Below, piece after piece: positions 1 through 9,440 of a stretch of DNA of 32,000 nucleotides (the first letter of the stretch is position 1; each line of letters begins with the position of its first letter). The position numbers and the translations under genes are program-made. The DNA comes from Hyperthermus butylicus DSM 5456. Its GTDB lineage: Archaea; Thermoproteota; Thermoprotei_A; Sulfolobales; Pyrodictiaceae. The notes beneath the pieces were generated by a model. It did not search any database, was not told the origin of the DNA, and worked only from the letters and a program-made list of their open reading frames with translations. The DNA lies in the NCBI RefSeq assembly GCF_000015145.1, contig NC_008818.1, positions 210,001 to 242,000 on the forward strand, in the 5' to 3' direction.

Positions 1-500
1 GCAGCCAGCCTCCAACGCTGCTAGCGGGGGAGAAGGTGAGGGATCAGTTGTCATCAGTCATAGAGACGCTGCCTGGCAGGCTACGCGGCGAGGTGGGAGC
101 CCGCAGCATACCAGCCAGCGGGGGCCTAGAGCTTGACGGGATGCTGATCCGGGTCTACGAGGCCGTGCATACACTCCCAGCCTACACTGTTGAAGTAATT
201 GTTGACGGGTCGACGCTTGTCTACAGTGGCGATACAGGGCCAACGGGGAAACTCCGAGAACTAGCATCGAGGACTGATCTCCTCGTGGTTGAGGCCTCTA
301 TGCCTCGAGGGATGGAGGTCAAGGCAAGGGAGACCGGGCACCACACTGTGGATGAGGCAGCAGCATACCGCGACCAGATGAGGAGCGAAGCACTACTAGT
401 GCTAACACACCTCACCAGAGAAAGCCTCGAAGACATAAGGCGGCATGGGCTCCCACGCAGAGTCATAGCCGCCTCCGACGGGCTCGTCCTCAGCATCTAG
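1..500 (+). CDS. MBL-fold metallo-hydrolase (RNase Z/ElaC-like), C-terminal part; 5' end outside the window
   Basis: The frame is open from nt 3 to TAG at 498-500; the ORF track begins at GTG 36. The translation carries beta-lactamase-fold C-terminal motifs: LVYSGDTGP, TDLLVVEASMP, ETGHHT, ALLVLTHL. Confidence 0.7.
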   Translation, partial: SQPPTLLAGEKVRDQLSSVIETLPGRLRGEVGARSIPASGGLELDGMLIRVYEAVHTLPAYTVEVIVDGSTLVYSGDTGPTGKLRELASRTDLLVVEASMPRGMEVKARETGHHTVDEAAAYRDQMRSEALLVLTHLTRESLEDIRRHGLPRRVIAASDGLVLSI

Positions 501-575
501 TGCGAGCCTAGCGTAAACACCATACGGAAGCCGTTCCAGTCCACTGCAGCTAGAGCCGAGACAATCATTCGTTGT

Positions 576-1841
576 ATGTGTCCTTGGATTTCTGTGTCAC
601 AAATACTAGCACATTGCTCTCCGGAAATGGTGTTCCAGTGGACTAGCTCAACAAGCTGTAGTGTTCCATACGTAGCAAGCTGTGGAGAGGCCTCTTACCC
701 CAAAGACTACTATGGGCTACTGGGGGGTTTAGCTTTGGAGTGGCTGCGTGGGGGCAGTTGGGAGGAGGTAGCAAGGGAGCTGGGGGAGCTGCGTGCTGGA
801 GAACCTAGTCCGTGCCGTGTTGCAGGTAGCACTGTTGCAGAACCTTTGCCTGTTGCACGTAGGGCTTACAGCCTCTATGCAGATGTGAATCTTAACGATC
901 CTGCTTCGTGGCCTAGTGTGACAAAGCTCCTGGAGGGTATTTCTAGGGTCCTCGAGGAACTCAGGCTTGGTCATCGCTGGCTCGTTGCTGTAAGTGGTGG
1001 CAGCGAGGCAGTATTGACGGGTCTCTACATTGCGAGAGAGTATACGCGGGGCAGGGTGGTTGTAGCGTCTAGTGCTGCCCATGCATCCGTGCTAAAGGCT
1101 GCCCGTGTCCTGGGCATGGAGGTTAAGCTTGTGCAGGTGGACTCTAGGCTGAGGATAGACCTCTACGCCCTGGAGAAGACGTTGAGGGGAGTTCAGAATG
1201 TTGCTGCTATCGTTGCGACAGCAGGTGTCACTGATAACGGTGCTGTGGATCCAGTTAGGGATGTGGCCAAGCTTGCCTGGGAGCATGGTGCAGTAGTGTA
1301 TGTGGACGCTGCTTTTGGCGGCCTACCACTCCTAGGGTTGGGGAGCACCGAGACAGTATTGCCCCGTGGCGGCCCCGCCCTAGCCGGGATAGACTTCCAC
1401 AAGCACGTAGCACCTCCGCCATCCTCCATACTTGTATCAAACACAGCGGAGCTTAGGGACTACATAGTGTTCCCCGCGCCCTACATGCCCTTGGGGAGGC
1501 AGGAGACGCTACTCTGGACCCGGCCAGCATCGGGCCTAGCAGCAGCCTATGCAGCCCTTAGGGCACTAGGAGCCAGTGGCGTTGGAGAGCTAGCAAGATA
1601 CCTCTACAGGCTAGCCTCGAAGCTGGCATCCATCCTCGAGCAGCGGGGTGTAGAGTTGTTGTCGCCTCTCGATACGCCTCTCGTGGCCTTTCGGCCCCCA
1701 AGTGTGGAGGGGGCGTTGAAGAGGCTGAGAAGGAGAGGCTGGATACTCTACCCCTCCAGGCTTCCCGGCATACTGCGCTACGTAGCAAAGTGGTGCCACG
1801 AGCCCGGAGACGTGGAGGAGATAGCGGAGGCGGTAGCCTAG
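576..1841 (+). CDS. PLP-dependent group II decarboxylase (MfnA / aspartate-tyrosine decarboxylase-like)
   Basis: Collinear by eye with archaeal MfnA-type decarboxylases: NLNDPASWPS, VSGGSEAVL, VDAAFGG and the PLP-lysine motif IDFHKH. The first ~40 aa look non-conserved, so the true start is probably downstream of 576. Confidence 0.8.
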   Translation: MCPWISVSQILAHCSPEMVFQWTSSTSCSVPYVASCGEASYPKDYYGLLGGLALEWLRGGSWEEVARELGELRAGEPSPCRVAGSTVAEPLPVARRAYSLYADVNLNDPASWPSVTKLLEGISRVLEELRLGHRWLVAVSGGSEAVLTGLYIAREYTRGRVVVASSAAHASVLKAARVLGMEVKLVQVDSRLRIDLYALEKTLRGVQNVAAIVATAGVTDNGAVDPVRDVAKLAWEHGAVVYVDAAFGGLPLLGLGSTETVLPRGGPALAGIDFHKHVAPPPSSILVSNTAELRDYIVFPAPYMPLGRQETLLWTRPASGLAAAYAALRALGASGVGELARYLYRLASKLASILEQRGVELLSPLDTPLVAFRPPSVEGALKRLRRRGWILYPSRLPGILRYVAKWCHEPGDVEEIAEAVA

Positions 1842-2599
1842 ACAAAGGCGTCCATGCTACGATATATCACGTACATGGAGTAGACGGCTAACACGAGTGC
1901 AGCAGCAGAGACGGCGAGTATAGCTCCGACCACTACATAGGCTGTCTGCATGCTAAACCCGGCAACCTCTATAATCCTCTCGATCTCTGATGGTGTAGTC
2001 AACGCGTACACGGCATAGCGCAACCCGATAATCGAAATGAACAGTATGAGGGGGAGTAGCGCGGCAGCTATGAGGGGGCCGAGCTTCCTCCGGGAGCGAA
2101 ACGCGTGGATCGAAACGAGGAGTGCAAACACGTAGATGCCAAGCATGAGGAAGCCGGCGCGGAGGAATATGGGGGTAAGTATCATGGCTAGCACGGCTGC
2201 AAGGACATAGAGTCTGTAGGCCCGGCGCACATGGGTAAGCCTTGAGGAGAAGTCGTAGTATGAAGCGGCTACATAGTTGGAAAAAACATGCAGGCGCCAA
2301 ACAGCCTCCTCAACCGCCCCACGATCAGACGGGTCAAGCCTTGAAAACGTTCTTAACACACTATCGGCACTCTTATTCAGCGCTACAGCTAGATCGTACT
2401 GGTCTATCCGCAGCTCCCCCAGCACCTTCTGCACAGCGCTGCGTGCTCTCTCAACCTCCCTCAGCGCCCTCTCCTTCGCACGACCATCGAGACGGGACGA
2501 TGCCAGTCTCTCTATGCGGTCAAGCTTCTCTAGCAACCTCCGTAGCTCCTCAGCCGACTGCAACGCATCAGCACGCCCCGGTAGACTGGTAACAAGCAC
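1838..2599 (-). CDS. Hypothetical membrane protein (N-terminal coiled-coil region, about 4 C-terminal TM helices)
   Basis: A 253-aa ORF. It has a charged helical N-terminus (EELRRLLEKLDRIERL...) followed by long hydrophobic segments. No family recognised. Its stop shares a CTAG with the convergent decarboxylase gene. Confidence 0.5.
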   Translation of the reverse strand: MLVTSLPGRADALQSAEELRRLLEKLDRIERLASSRLDGRAKERALREVERARSAVQKVLGELRIDQYDLAVALNKSADSVLRTFSRLDPSDRGAVEEAVWRLHVFSNYVAASYYDFSSRLTHVRRAYRLYVLAAVLAMILTPIFLRAGFLMLGIYVFALLVSIHAFRSRRKLGPLIAAALLPLILFISIIGLRYAVYALTTPSEIERIIEVAGFSMQTAYVVVGAILAVSAAALVLAVYSMYVIYRSMDAFV

Positions 2600-2694
2600 T
2601 TACCGTTGGCGCCTAACAGTCATCCACTTATATGCTACGAGGGTTATTAGTAGGAATACTACGCCCCAGCCAAATGCTACGAAGGCCTAGCGCG

Positions 2695-4398
2695 CTAGCC
2701 TTCACGTGGACTCACCCCCCTCCTAATTTCCTCACCATACCTCTTATAGAGGGCCTTATAGTTGAGAGCTAGGCCTATTAGGAACATTATCACCATCATC
2801 GCAACGCCTATCCAGCCGAAGATGTTCTCTGGCTTGGCGGCAGCGGATTCGGTACCTGTTGCCAGGAACCATGCCAGCATTATTATCAGGTAGATTGGTG
2901 TGATAATGCCGACAACGTACTTCCAGTACCACTTCGGCACGGTAATGTAGGCACCATTATGCAGCTCCCTGTAGCTCTCCTCAATGCCCCACAGCCACAG
3001 GGCAGCTACGACCTCGAATAGTGCTACCACTAGCAGCAGCAGGCTACCGGCGTAGAAGTCTACGAGATCGAGGTAGTCCGTCAGCTGGTCAGTCTTCATG
3101 GCGCCCTCAATGTTTACGAATACGCCGGTTATGAATACCATCATGAAGGCTATCCATGCACTATACCTTCTCGCGATGCCGTAATCCTCCTCGAACATCG
3201 AAGTTAGAACGTTAACTATCGCAATGGCGCTTGTTATACCGGCAAACCATAGCAGCGAGTACCAGAGGAAGCCTGCCAGGGCACCAAGGCCTCCTAGGTG
3301 GTTGAATAGTGGTGGCAGGGCAACCATTGACGCAAGGAATATTGAGAGCTTGCCTGCAGCGATGTCCTGTATGATGCTTGGGCCTCCAAACGCGTACAGT
3401 AATGGTATCACGATGCTGCCTCCGAGTACTACCTCGGCGAACTCGTTGAGGGAGGTGGTAGTTAGGGCTGATAGTGGTAGATCGTCCTCCCTGCGCAGAT
3501 AGCTAGCGTAGTTTGGTATGATGCCACCGATACCGATGCTTAGCGTGAAGAAGATCTGGCCAGCACCCTCAATGAATGTTGCAGGGTCCTTTAGCTTCTC
3601 AAAGTTCGGGGTCCAGAGCCACTCAAAGCCCTTAAGCGTGGACCATTCCGGCTTTACAGGAGCGCCAAGGGTTAGCGAGACCGTTGCTAGGATTACAGCC
3701 TCAATAAACAGTATTGGCATCATTATCTTTGCTGCAATCTCAATGCCGCGTCTGACCCTCCTGGATACAATTAGTGTAATTACTAGTAGGGAGATGAACC
3801 ACGCCGGCACATTTCTAGCTGGATCCGTTAGGAAGTCTATGAAGAACGTTTTGGCCTTGGTGGCGTCTGTCAGCTCGGCAAACTTGCCGCTAATTGCTGC
3901 CGTTGCATAGTAGCCCATCCAGCCTATGATATTGGTGTAGTAGCCCGTGATCATTACGCCAGTTAGGAATGCTATGGTGCCACCTATGATTGCAAACGCT
4001 GCTGCATTCTTCTTTGTGAGCCTATTCCTTGAGACTATGTAGAGCATTGGGGTTAGGTAGCCATGGCCATGTAGGCCGCCGTGCCGGCCGAGGGTCCACT
4101 CTACGAACATTAGTGGGATGCCTAGGAGTACAAGGGCTATGAAGTATGGTATGAGGTAGGCGCCGCCACCGTAGGCGGCAGCCTTGCCAGGGAATCTTAG
4201 GAAGTTGCCTAGGCCGATAGCATTACCTGCCATTGCTAGGATGAGGCCTATCCTTGTCGCCCAGTATTCCCTCGTTCGGACAGTCACTAGTCTATCACCG
4301 TTAATAGTGTGGGAGCCATAGCTGAAAAAAATCTTACCCGGCGAGTAGCAAATTGTGGAAACCTGTCTTGCAATATTAGCTGGCCCGTATAGAGGCAC
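2695..4398 (-). CDS. Sodium-dependent transporter, neurotransmitter:sodium symporter (NSS/SNF, LeuT-like) family
   Basis: EYWATRIGLILAMAGNAIGLGNFLRFP is the NSS TM1 signature, close to the LeuT N-terminus. About 12 hydrophobic helices. An alternative GTG start at 4287 would give a LeuT-like N-terminus. A TATA-like CTATAATTT (complement of about 4421-4430) would fit a leaderless ATG at 4398. Confidence 0.9.
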   Translation of the reverse strand: MPLYGPANIARQVSTICYSPGKIFFSYGSHTINGDRLVTVRTREYWATRIGLILAMAGNAIGLGNFLRFPGKAAAYGGGAYLIPYFIALVLLGIPLMFVEWTLGRHGGLHGHGYLTPMLYIVSRNRLTKKNAAAFAIIGGTIAFLTGVMITGYYTNIIGWMGYYATAAISGKFAELTDATKAKTFFIDFLTDPARNVPAWFISLLVITLIVSRRVRRGIEIAAKIMMPILFIEAVILATVSLTLGAPVKPEWSTLKGFEWLWTPNFEKLKDPATFIEGAGQIFFTLSIGIGGIIPNYASYLRREDDLPLSALTTTSLNEFAEVVLGGSIVIPLLYAFGGPSIIQDIAAGKLSIFLASMVALPPLFNHLGGLGALAGFLWYSLLWFAGITSAIAIVNVLTSMFEEDYGIARRYSAWIAFMMVFITGVFVNIEGAMKTDQLTDYLDLVDFYAGSLLLLVVALFEVVAALWLWGIEESYRELHNGAYITVPKWYWKYVVGIITPIYLIIMLAWFLATGTESAAAKPENIFGWIGVAMMVIMFLIGLALNYKALYKRYGEEIRRGVSPREG

Positions 4399-4494
4399 TT
4401 TGTGCAGGGTATTATCGTAAATTATAGAATGTCGGGTGTAACCACACGCACCAGCCTATAATTATTGTTCTTACCCGCACTATATTGCAGGGGA

Positions 4495-5280
4495 TCATGC
4501 AGATGTTCTTTCCGTGACAGCCTTGAGAACGTATTCTGCAAGCTCGCTCCCAAGTGGTATCCATGCTCCGAGCCTCTTGGCCTCCCGGAGTACTGCTTCG
4601 AGAACCCGTATCCTTGCCCCGCGTCCTATGCATTGAGGGTGCATCGTCAATGAGAGGTAGCTGTGCCTCCTAGCTGCATATCTCATCTCGTCTAGCCACA
4701 TCTCCAGTAGCTCCCGTGGCGTGAGGGACCGATGGTACTCCAGATATGGCCAGTCGTCAAGCCTCCAGTCGACGGGTAGCTCTACAAGCCCCTTGCCGAG
4801 GATGTATGGCTCCTCGTCGTCCATGAGGCTGCTATCGTAGAGGTAGCCCCGGCTCCTGAGCAGCTCTAGGGTCCAGGGGCTCCACCTCCAGTAGGGGGCT
4901 CGGAACCCACGTGGCTTGCGGCCGACTATACCGGCTAAAGCCTCCTCCATAGAGGCGAATACCTGCTCTTCAGCGCTACGCGATGATATTTCGTCGAGCC
5001 TCTCATGCATATAGCCGTGTCCTGCGACCTCGTGGCCACGTTCGACAAGGGCTCTCACAAGGTGGGGGTAGCGGCGGGCGACCCAGCCTGGTACAAAGAA
5101 GGTAGCCCTAACACCGTGGGCTTCGAGGACCTCCAGGACTCGCCAGAGCCCTCTCCTCTCCGCAAACCTTCCACGGCTACGTGCCACTGGATCAGCACCT
5201 TTCCAGGCCTCAGCACTGTCAACGTCGAGGTCAAAGCTGAGGAATAGGACAAACCCGTACCCGGCGGGGGGCCGGAACAA
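4495..5280 (-). CDS. Polysaccharide deacetylase (NodB-homology / CE4 family)
   Basis: NodB motifs: FDLDVDS (Asp-Asp), GHEVAGHGYMHE (His-His metal ligands), FRAPYW, LTMHP. TTG start. Confidence 0.85.
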   Translation of the reverse strand: MFRPPAGYGFVLFLSFDLDVDSAEAWKGADPVARSRGRFAERRGLWRVLEVLEAHGVRATFFVPGWVARRYPHLVRALVERGHEVAGHGYMHERLDEISSRSAEEQVFASMEEALAGIVGRKPRGFRAPYWRWSPWTLELLRSRGYLYDSSLMDDEEPYILGKGLVELPVDWRLDDWPYLEYHRSLTPRELLEMWLDEMRYAARRHSYLSLTMHPQCIGRGARIRVLEAVLREAKRLGAWIPLGSELAEYVLKAVTERTSA

Positions 5281-5369
5281 GCCCGGTCAACCGCTAGAAT
5301 ACACCTCCACGGCTGGGAGCTAAGGGTGTAATGCCATAGCGGTCACGGCTCGTTGCTGCAGTGTCTATG

Positions 5370-5519
5370 CTAGCTTCTAGTGTCGATGAGATACTCGAGT
5401 CCTACAAGGACGTATATTAGGGCCCATAGGGGGTCGAGGCTGAACTCCTTGGCAGCCTTGTAGATGAAGAGGCCTGCGAGTATTAGGGCTAAGCTGCGCC
5501 GGGCAACTATACATCCCAA
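5370..5519 (-). CDS. Possible small two-helix membrane protein (49 aa, TTG start); below the ORF-track size cutoff
   Basis: Manual translation: (M)GCIVARRSLALILAGLFIYKAAKEFSLDPLWALIYVLVGLEYLIDTRS*. Two hydrophobic helices lie in an otherwise empty 470-bp gap. No homology evidence. Confidence 0.25.
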   Translation of the reverse strand: MGCIVARRSLALILAGLFIYKAAKEFSLDPLWALIYVLVGLEYLIDTRS

Positions 5520-5754
5520 CCCCTAGCAACAAGGCGTAGAGCCATAGCTTCCCACCTCAGAGCAGCGGCGGAGAGCTGGCACCCCTAGAACATTATAGCT
5601 GGTATAGGGGCTAATTAACATATGGTAATGAGGAGTTGTGTAGGCTGTTCCGGTTATAGTCTTCCACCCATGTTTCAGGGCCAATAGACATAAAAACCAG
5701 AAGCAATTTCTTACTAGTAGCAAAATCGGAGAGAAGGTTCGGGGTGTACGAGTT

Positions 5755-6453
5755 ATGCCTCTACAAGCTCCATCCATTGGAGAGAAGTTCCCAGAAATCG
5801 AGGTAATGACAACCCATGGCAAGATAAAGCTGCCAGACCATTTTAGGGGTAAGTGGTTCGTGTTATTTAGCCATCCAGCAGACTTCACGCCGGTCTGCAC
5901 CACAGAGTTCGTAGCTTTTGCCAAGAGGTACGAGGACTTCAAGAAGCTCAACACAGAACTCATCGGCTTAAGCGTTGACAGCACCTTCAGCCACATTAAG
6001 TGGGCTGAGTGGATCAAGGAGAAGCTAGGCGTGGAAATACCATTCCCGATAATCGCCGATCCAACCGGCGAGGTTGCAAAGAAGCTAGGGCTCCTACATG
6101 CTCAGAGCAGCACGGCAACCGTACGCGCTGTATTCGTGGTAGACGATAAGGGTGTTGTGAGAGCTATCCTCTACTACCCGCAAGAGGTTGGCAGAAACAT
6201 TGACGAGATATTGAGGCTGATAGAGAGCCTCCAGATAAGCGACAAGTACGGCCGCGCCATCCCGGCAAACTGGCCAAACAACGAGCTAATCGGCGACAAC
6301 TTGATAGTACCGCCTGCAGCTACGGTACAGGAGGCCGAGGAGAGACTAAAGAAGTTCAAGTGCTTCGACTGGTGGTTCTGCTACGAGGACAAGGCAACAG
6401 CCGAGGAGAAGGAGCTAGCCAGGAAGTTCCTCAAGCGCGTTGCTAACTGCTAG
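5755..6453 (+). CDS. Peroxiredoxin (Prx6-type archaeal thioredoxin peroxidase)
   Basis: Peroxidatic Cys motif [14 protein letters not shown]. Full-length collinearity, from memory, with Aeropyrum pernix thioredoxin peroxidase, including the C-terminal CFDWWFC resolving-Cys region. Confidence 0.95.
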   Translation: MPLQAPSIGEKFPEIEVMTTHGKIKLPDHFRGKWFVLFSHPADFTPVCTTEFVAFAKRYEDFKKLNTELIGLSVDSTFSHIKWAEWIKEKLGVEIPFPIIADPTGEVAKKLGLLHAQSSTATVRAVFVVDDKGVVRAILYYPQEVGRNIDEILRLIESLQISDKYGRAIPANWPNNELIGDNLIVPPAATVQEAEERLKKFKCFDWWFCYEDKATAEEKELARKFLKRVANC

Positions 6454-6585
6454 TAAACACCTTCAATCCCATAATGAAGCTGGTTAAATCGCTATTTTTT
6501 AACCGCCACTACTTCCATACCGCACCCGCATGCTCTACGACTCCCACCCCACTAGGCTAAGCATGCACGCTCCGGGCTGGCTAGG

Positions 6586-6593
6586 TTTATACA
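6586..6593 (+). promoter_or_regulatory. TATA-like box (TTTATACA) upstream of vapB
   Basis: An AT-rich octamer ends 33 nt upstream of the GTG at 6626. This fits an archaeal promoter giving a short-leader or leaderless transcript. Confidence 0.3.
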
Positions 6594-6625
6594 GACCCTA
6601 TCCCACTCCATCCACTTGGTGGCTT

Positions 6626-6889
6626 GTGTCTAGTAGTGGGGCTACAATCGTTAGGGTCGATGGTAAGGGTAGGGTCACGCTACCCCTCGAGGTTAGGAGG
6701 AGGCTTGGCCTACGAGAGTGGTCTAAGCTAAGGCTCTTCATCGACGAGGAGTCTAAGCGTATTATACTAGAGGTGGAGGCAGGGGTTGCAGAACGGTTTT
6801 ACGGTGCCTTCCCCGCTAAGCAGTGGCCACGGGATGTTGATGAAGCTGTAGCGGAGGCTGTGGTTAAGGCATGGCTAGGAGATACGTAG
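6626..6889 (+). CDS. vapB: AbrB/SpoVT-family antitoxin (VapB-like)
   Basis: VRVDGKGRVTLPLEVRRRLGL is the swapped-hairpin AbrB DNA-binding motif. The ORF track extends to 6530, but the conserved domain begins just after GTG 6626. The 3' end overlaps the downstream PIN ATG (6871) by 19 nt, which is typical TA coupling. Confidence 0.8.
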   Translation: MSSSGATIVRVDGKGRVTLPLEVRRRLGLREWSKLRLFIDEESKRIILEVEAGVAERFYGAFPAKQWPRDVDEAVAEAVVKAWLGDT

Positions 6890-7295
6890 ATATTAACGTG
6901 TTCGTCTACTGGCTTGGCGGCCACCCAGAGTATGGAAGGCGTGCACTTGAGTAGATTAAGCGTATAGAGTCTGCGGCGCGTGGTGAGTACGTTACTGCCC
7001 GCATTACGGTCTACGAGACTATAGTGGTGCTCGCGGGGCTTACTGGCCGCAAACTCCGTGACAGAGAGTTTGTGGCGAGCATTATCGAGGCTTTTACCGG
7101 CCTTGAGGGACTGAGAATCATTGATACTACCCGCCAGGCCGCCAGGACCTAGTTAGCGCCGCAAGCCTCATGGAGAGGTATGGGCTGGATTTTGAGGACG
7201 CTGTACACCTAGCCGTTGCCATGCGTAATGGTGTCACTGAAATAGTTTCAAACGACTCAGACTTTGATTCTACTCCACTACGTCGCGTCTTCTAG
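6871..7295 (+). pseudogene. vapC: PIN-domain toxin VapC, disrupted by an in-frame TAG at 6952-6954 and a frameshift near 7135-7150
   Basis: Manual translation gives MARRYVDINVFVYWLGGHPEYGRRALE*IKRIE...ITVYETIVVLAGL...LRIIDTTRQAART*. A shifted frame then gives DLVSAASLMERYGLDFEDAVHLAVAMRNGVTEIVSNDSDFDSTPLRRVF*. All PIN acidic-residue regions (D at the N-terminus, E, DA, SND.DF) are present but spread over two frames and interrupted by a stop. Confidence 0.7.
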
Positions 7296-8683
7296 GCTTC
7301 CTGCCTCTCGACAACCACTACCGTAACGTCGTTTACGTTTGTCCCTGTGTAGCCGCCGGTGTCCACGGTCCTGGCGAGCCTTGAGAAGAGGGTGTATGTA
7401 TCATTGTTGTCAAGATATGCTTTGGGGTCTAGCTGCTTTTCCTCAAGCTCTCTGGGGAGCTGCTCGTCCACTATGGCTCCTGCAGCGGGGCTAGCCCCGT
7501 CAACGCCGTCGGTGCCTATGCATGCGGCCACGTATCTCTCGAGTATCCTAAGTTTTGAGGCTTCAAGTGCTAGGGAGAGGCATAGCTCCTGGTTTCGCCC
7601 ACCAACACCTCGGCCGCGAACAGTCACCGTGGTTTCGCCGCCAGCAATAACAGCTACGAGCCTGGCTCTGCGGGGGTATGCAGGTAGCCCCCGGGCGGCG
7701 GCCTCGGCGAGTGATGCTAGGACTCTCCCAGCCTCCCTAGCCTCCCCCCGCAGCGTATCGGTTAGAACTACTGCTGCTACGCCGTGCGACTCCAGCAGGG
7801 CTGCCGCGGCGGTAAGCGCGTCAAGATTCCTAGCAACAATAATGTTTATCGCCTTAGAGGCTAGAGGATCGCCAGGCTTCAGGGTCTCCCTCGCGGCGCC
7901 AGCAGCCCCCGCCTCAAGGCGCCTCCTAGCCCTCACAGGGATACGATCCAGAAGCCCATACCTGGATAGTACCCGGAGGGCGTCCCGGAATGTTGATGGG
8001 TCCGGCACCGTAGGCCCCGAAGCCACAAGGGACGGGTCGTCGCCGGGCACATCACTCAGTATCAGTGATACGACCCTTTCAGCAGCTATGTAGCGGAGCA
8101 ACTGGCCACCCTTAACCGCTGAGAGGTGCTTTCGCACAGTATTCAACTCATAGATATCGGCGCCAGCCGCCATCAACAACTTGGTAGCAACAGCTACATC
8201 CTCCAGCTCAACCCCCGCCGCGGGTACCTCAAACAAGGCGCTACCGCCGCCCGAAACGAGGAGGAATAGTAGGCTATCCCGCGGAAGCTCCCGGAGGAAG
8301 TCCAGCAGCCTACGGCTAGCCTCCAGCGTCCGAGAGCCGGGAATAGGGTGATCACCTTCCAAAACCTCGATGGGCCCGATACGCCCCCCACCACCGGGAG
8401 GCCCAATAACCATGCCAGCCTCGACGAAGTCGGCGCCGAGAACGTTGATGAGAGCCCTGGCCATAGACGGTGCAGCCTTACCAAAACCGGCCACGTAAAC
8501 GGCTCCGGGGCAGAACCCGCCAGCACCCCTAACCTTCACACAGCCAGAATCGAACCGGGTAACCCATCTTGGAATAACACTGGAGGGGTGAACATGCTCC
8601 AAGGCAGCCTCAAGAGAGTCGAGGACAACACCGTGAAGCCAACTCCTCTCAAGCACGCCCCGGTTACGGATAAACCTTCCCAA
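7292..8683 (-). CDS. gck: Glycerate 2-kinase (MOFRL family; DUF4147 + MOFRL domains)
   Basis: Motifs GFGKAAPSMA, LVSGGGSALFE, IAGGETTVTVRGRGVGGRNQE and GTDGVDG are characteristic of TtuD/GckA-type glycerate kinases. TTG start. Confidence 0.85.
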   Translation of the reverse strand: MGRFIRNRGVLERSWLHGVVLDSLEAALEHVHPSSVIPRWVTRFDSGCVKVRGAGGFCPGAVYVAGFGKAAPSMARALINVLGADFVEAGMVIGPPGGGGRIGPIEVLEGDHPIPGSRTLEASRRLLDFLRELPRDSLLFLLVSGGGSALFEVPAAGVELEDVAVATKLLMAAGADIYELNTVRKHLSAVKGGQLLRYIAAERVVSLILSDVPGDDPSLVASGPTVPDPSTFRDALRVLSRYGLLDRIPVRARRRLEAGAAGAARETLKPGDPLASKAINIIVARNLDALTAAAALLESHGVAAVVLTDTLRGEAREAGRVLASLAEAAARGLPAYPRRARLVAVIAGGETTVTVRGRGVGGRNQELCLSLALEASKLRILERYVAACIGTDGVDGASPAAGAIVDEQLPRELEEKQLDPKAYLDNNDTYTLFSRLARTVDTGGYTGTNVNDVTVVVVERQEA

Positions 8684-8798
8684 AGACCGTTAACCCCGTA
8701 GAGGAGGGGATCCACGGCGGCAAAAAGGTAGTGGAGGTAAAAGCAGCGAATCGAAGATGGAGTATGCATAGCTCTCTCCTAGCATTCACCAGTTAGGC

Positions 8799-9440
8799 TC
8801 ACAACCCCCTCCAGGGTAGACTGGAGCTGACACCTGTACTGCGAGGCATAGCTGCTATGAGGGCTCCACCCTCCTCCACGTAGGACTCTAAGGCCTCCCG
8901 TACTAGGCGGGATGCAGTCTCATCCAGCATTGCGAAAGGCTCGTCAACCAGCAGCAGTCTAGGCTTTCTAACGAGGGCACGGGCAAGCTCAACCCTCTTC
9001 CGCTCTCCACCACTAAGCCTGCCAGCCTTCTCAAACGCCCTACTCCCGATGCCGAGCTGCTCCAGGATACGCTGCGCCGCCCGCCGAGCCTCGCCAGCCT
9101 CGAGCCCCGCCAGTACACCAGCTAGAACCACGTTATCCAGCGCCGACAAGCTATCAATCAAAACAGGTTCCTGAAAAACAAACCCAATCCACCTACGCAG
9201 CCTCGCCCTCTCAGCCCTCGACAGCCTAGCAAGCTCGCGTCCGAAGACCGCTACGCTACCCCAGCTAGGCTCCTTAAACCCAGCAACGATCATGAGGAGG
9301 GTAGTCTTCCCGGAGCCATTAGGGCCGGTGATGAGTAGAGCCTCGCCAGCCCCAAGGCTAAAGCTCACGTCGCGGAAGACGCAGAGAGAGCCATATGCCT
9401 TACCGAGCCCATGAGCCTCAACAATAAAGCCATTACTCAA
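8799..9440 (-). CDS. ABC transporter ATP-binding protein (LolD/MacB-ATPase-like)
   Basis: Walker A GPNGSGKTT, Q-loop, signature LSGGERKRV, Walker B LLLVDEP. The start overlaps the stop of the upstream permease reading frame by 4 nt. Confidence 0.9.
   Translation of the reverse strand: MSNGFIVEAHGLGKAYGSLCVFRDVSFSLGAGEALLITGPNGSGKTTLLMIVAGFKEPSWGSVAVFGRELARLSRAERARLRRWIGFVFQEPVLIDSLSALDNVVLAGVLAGLEAGEARRAAQRILEQLGIGSRAFEKAGRLSGGERKRVELARALVRKPRLLLVDEPFAMLDETASRLVREALESYVEEGGALIAAMPRSTGVSSSLPWRGL

Noticed and set aside
5523-6017. The 164-aa minus-strand ORF overlapping the peroxiredoxin start region.
   Set aside because: It overlaps the strongly supported prx gene in antisense. It has no motifs, and its composition is atypical of neighbouring genes.
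7359-8093. Long antisense ORFs inside well-supported genes. Examples: 7359-8093(+) and 8348-8701(+) opposite gck, 3224-3910(+) opposite the NSS transporter, 9891-10367(+), 19684-20517(+), 26703-27101(+), 30023-30355(+), 16457-17125(+).
   Set aside because: They are Ser/Pro/Arg/Ala-rich, low-complexity shadow frames typical of GC-rich coding DNA. The opposite strand carries clear family motifs in each case.
8541-8560. A tRNA T-arm-like string (minus strand CCGGTTCGATTCTGG).
   Set aside because: It lies inside the glycerate kinase CDS. The flanks give no acceptor, D or anticodon arms, and the stem needs a G-T pair. Judged coincidental.
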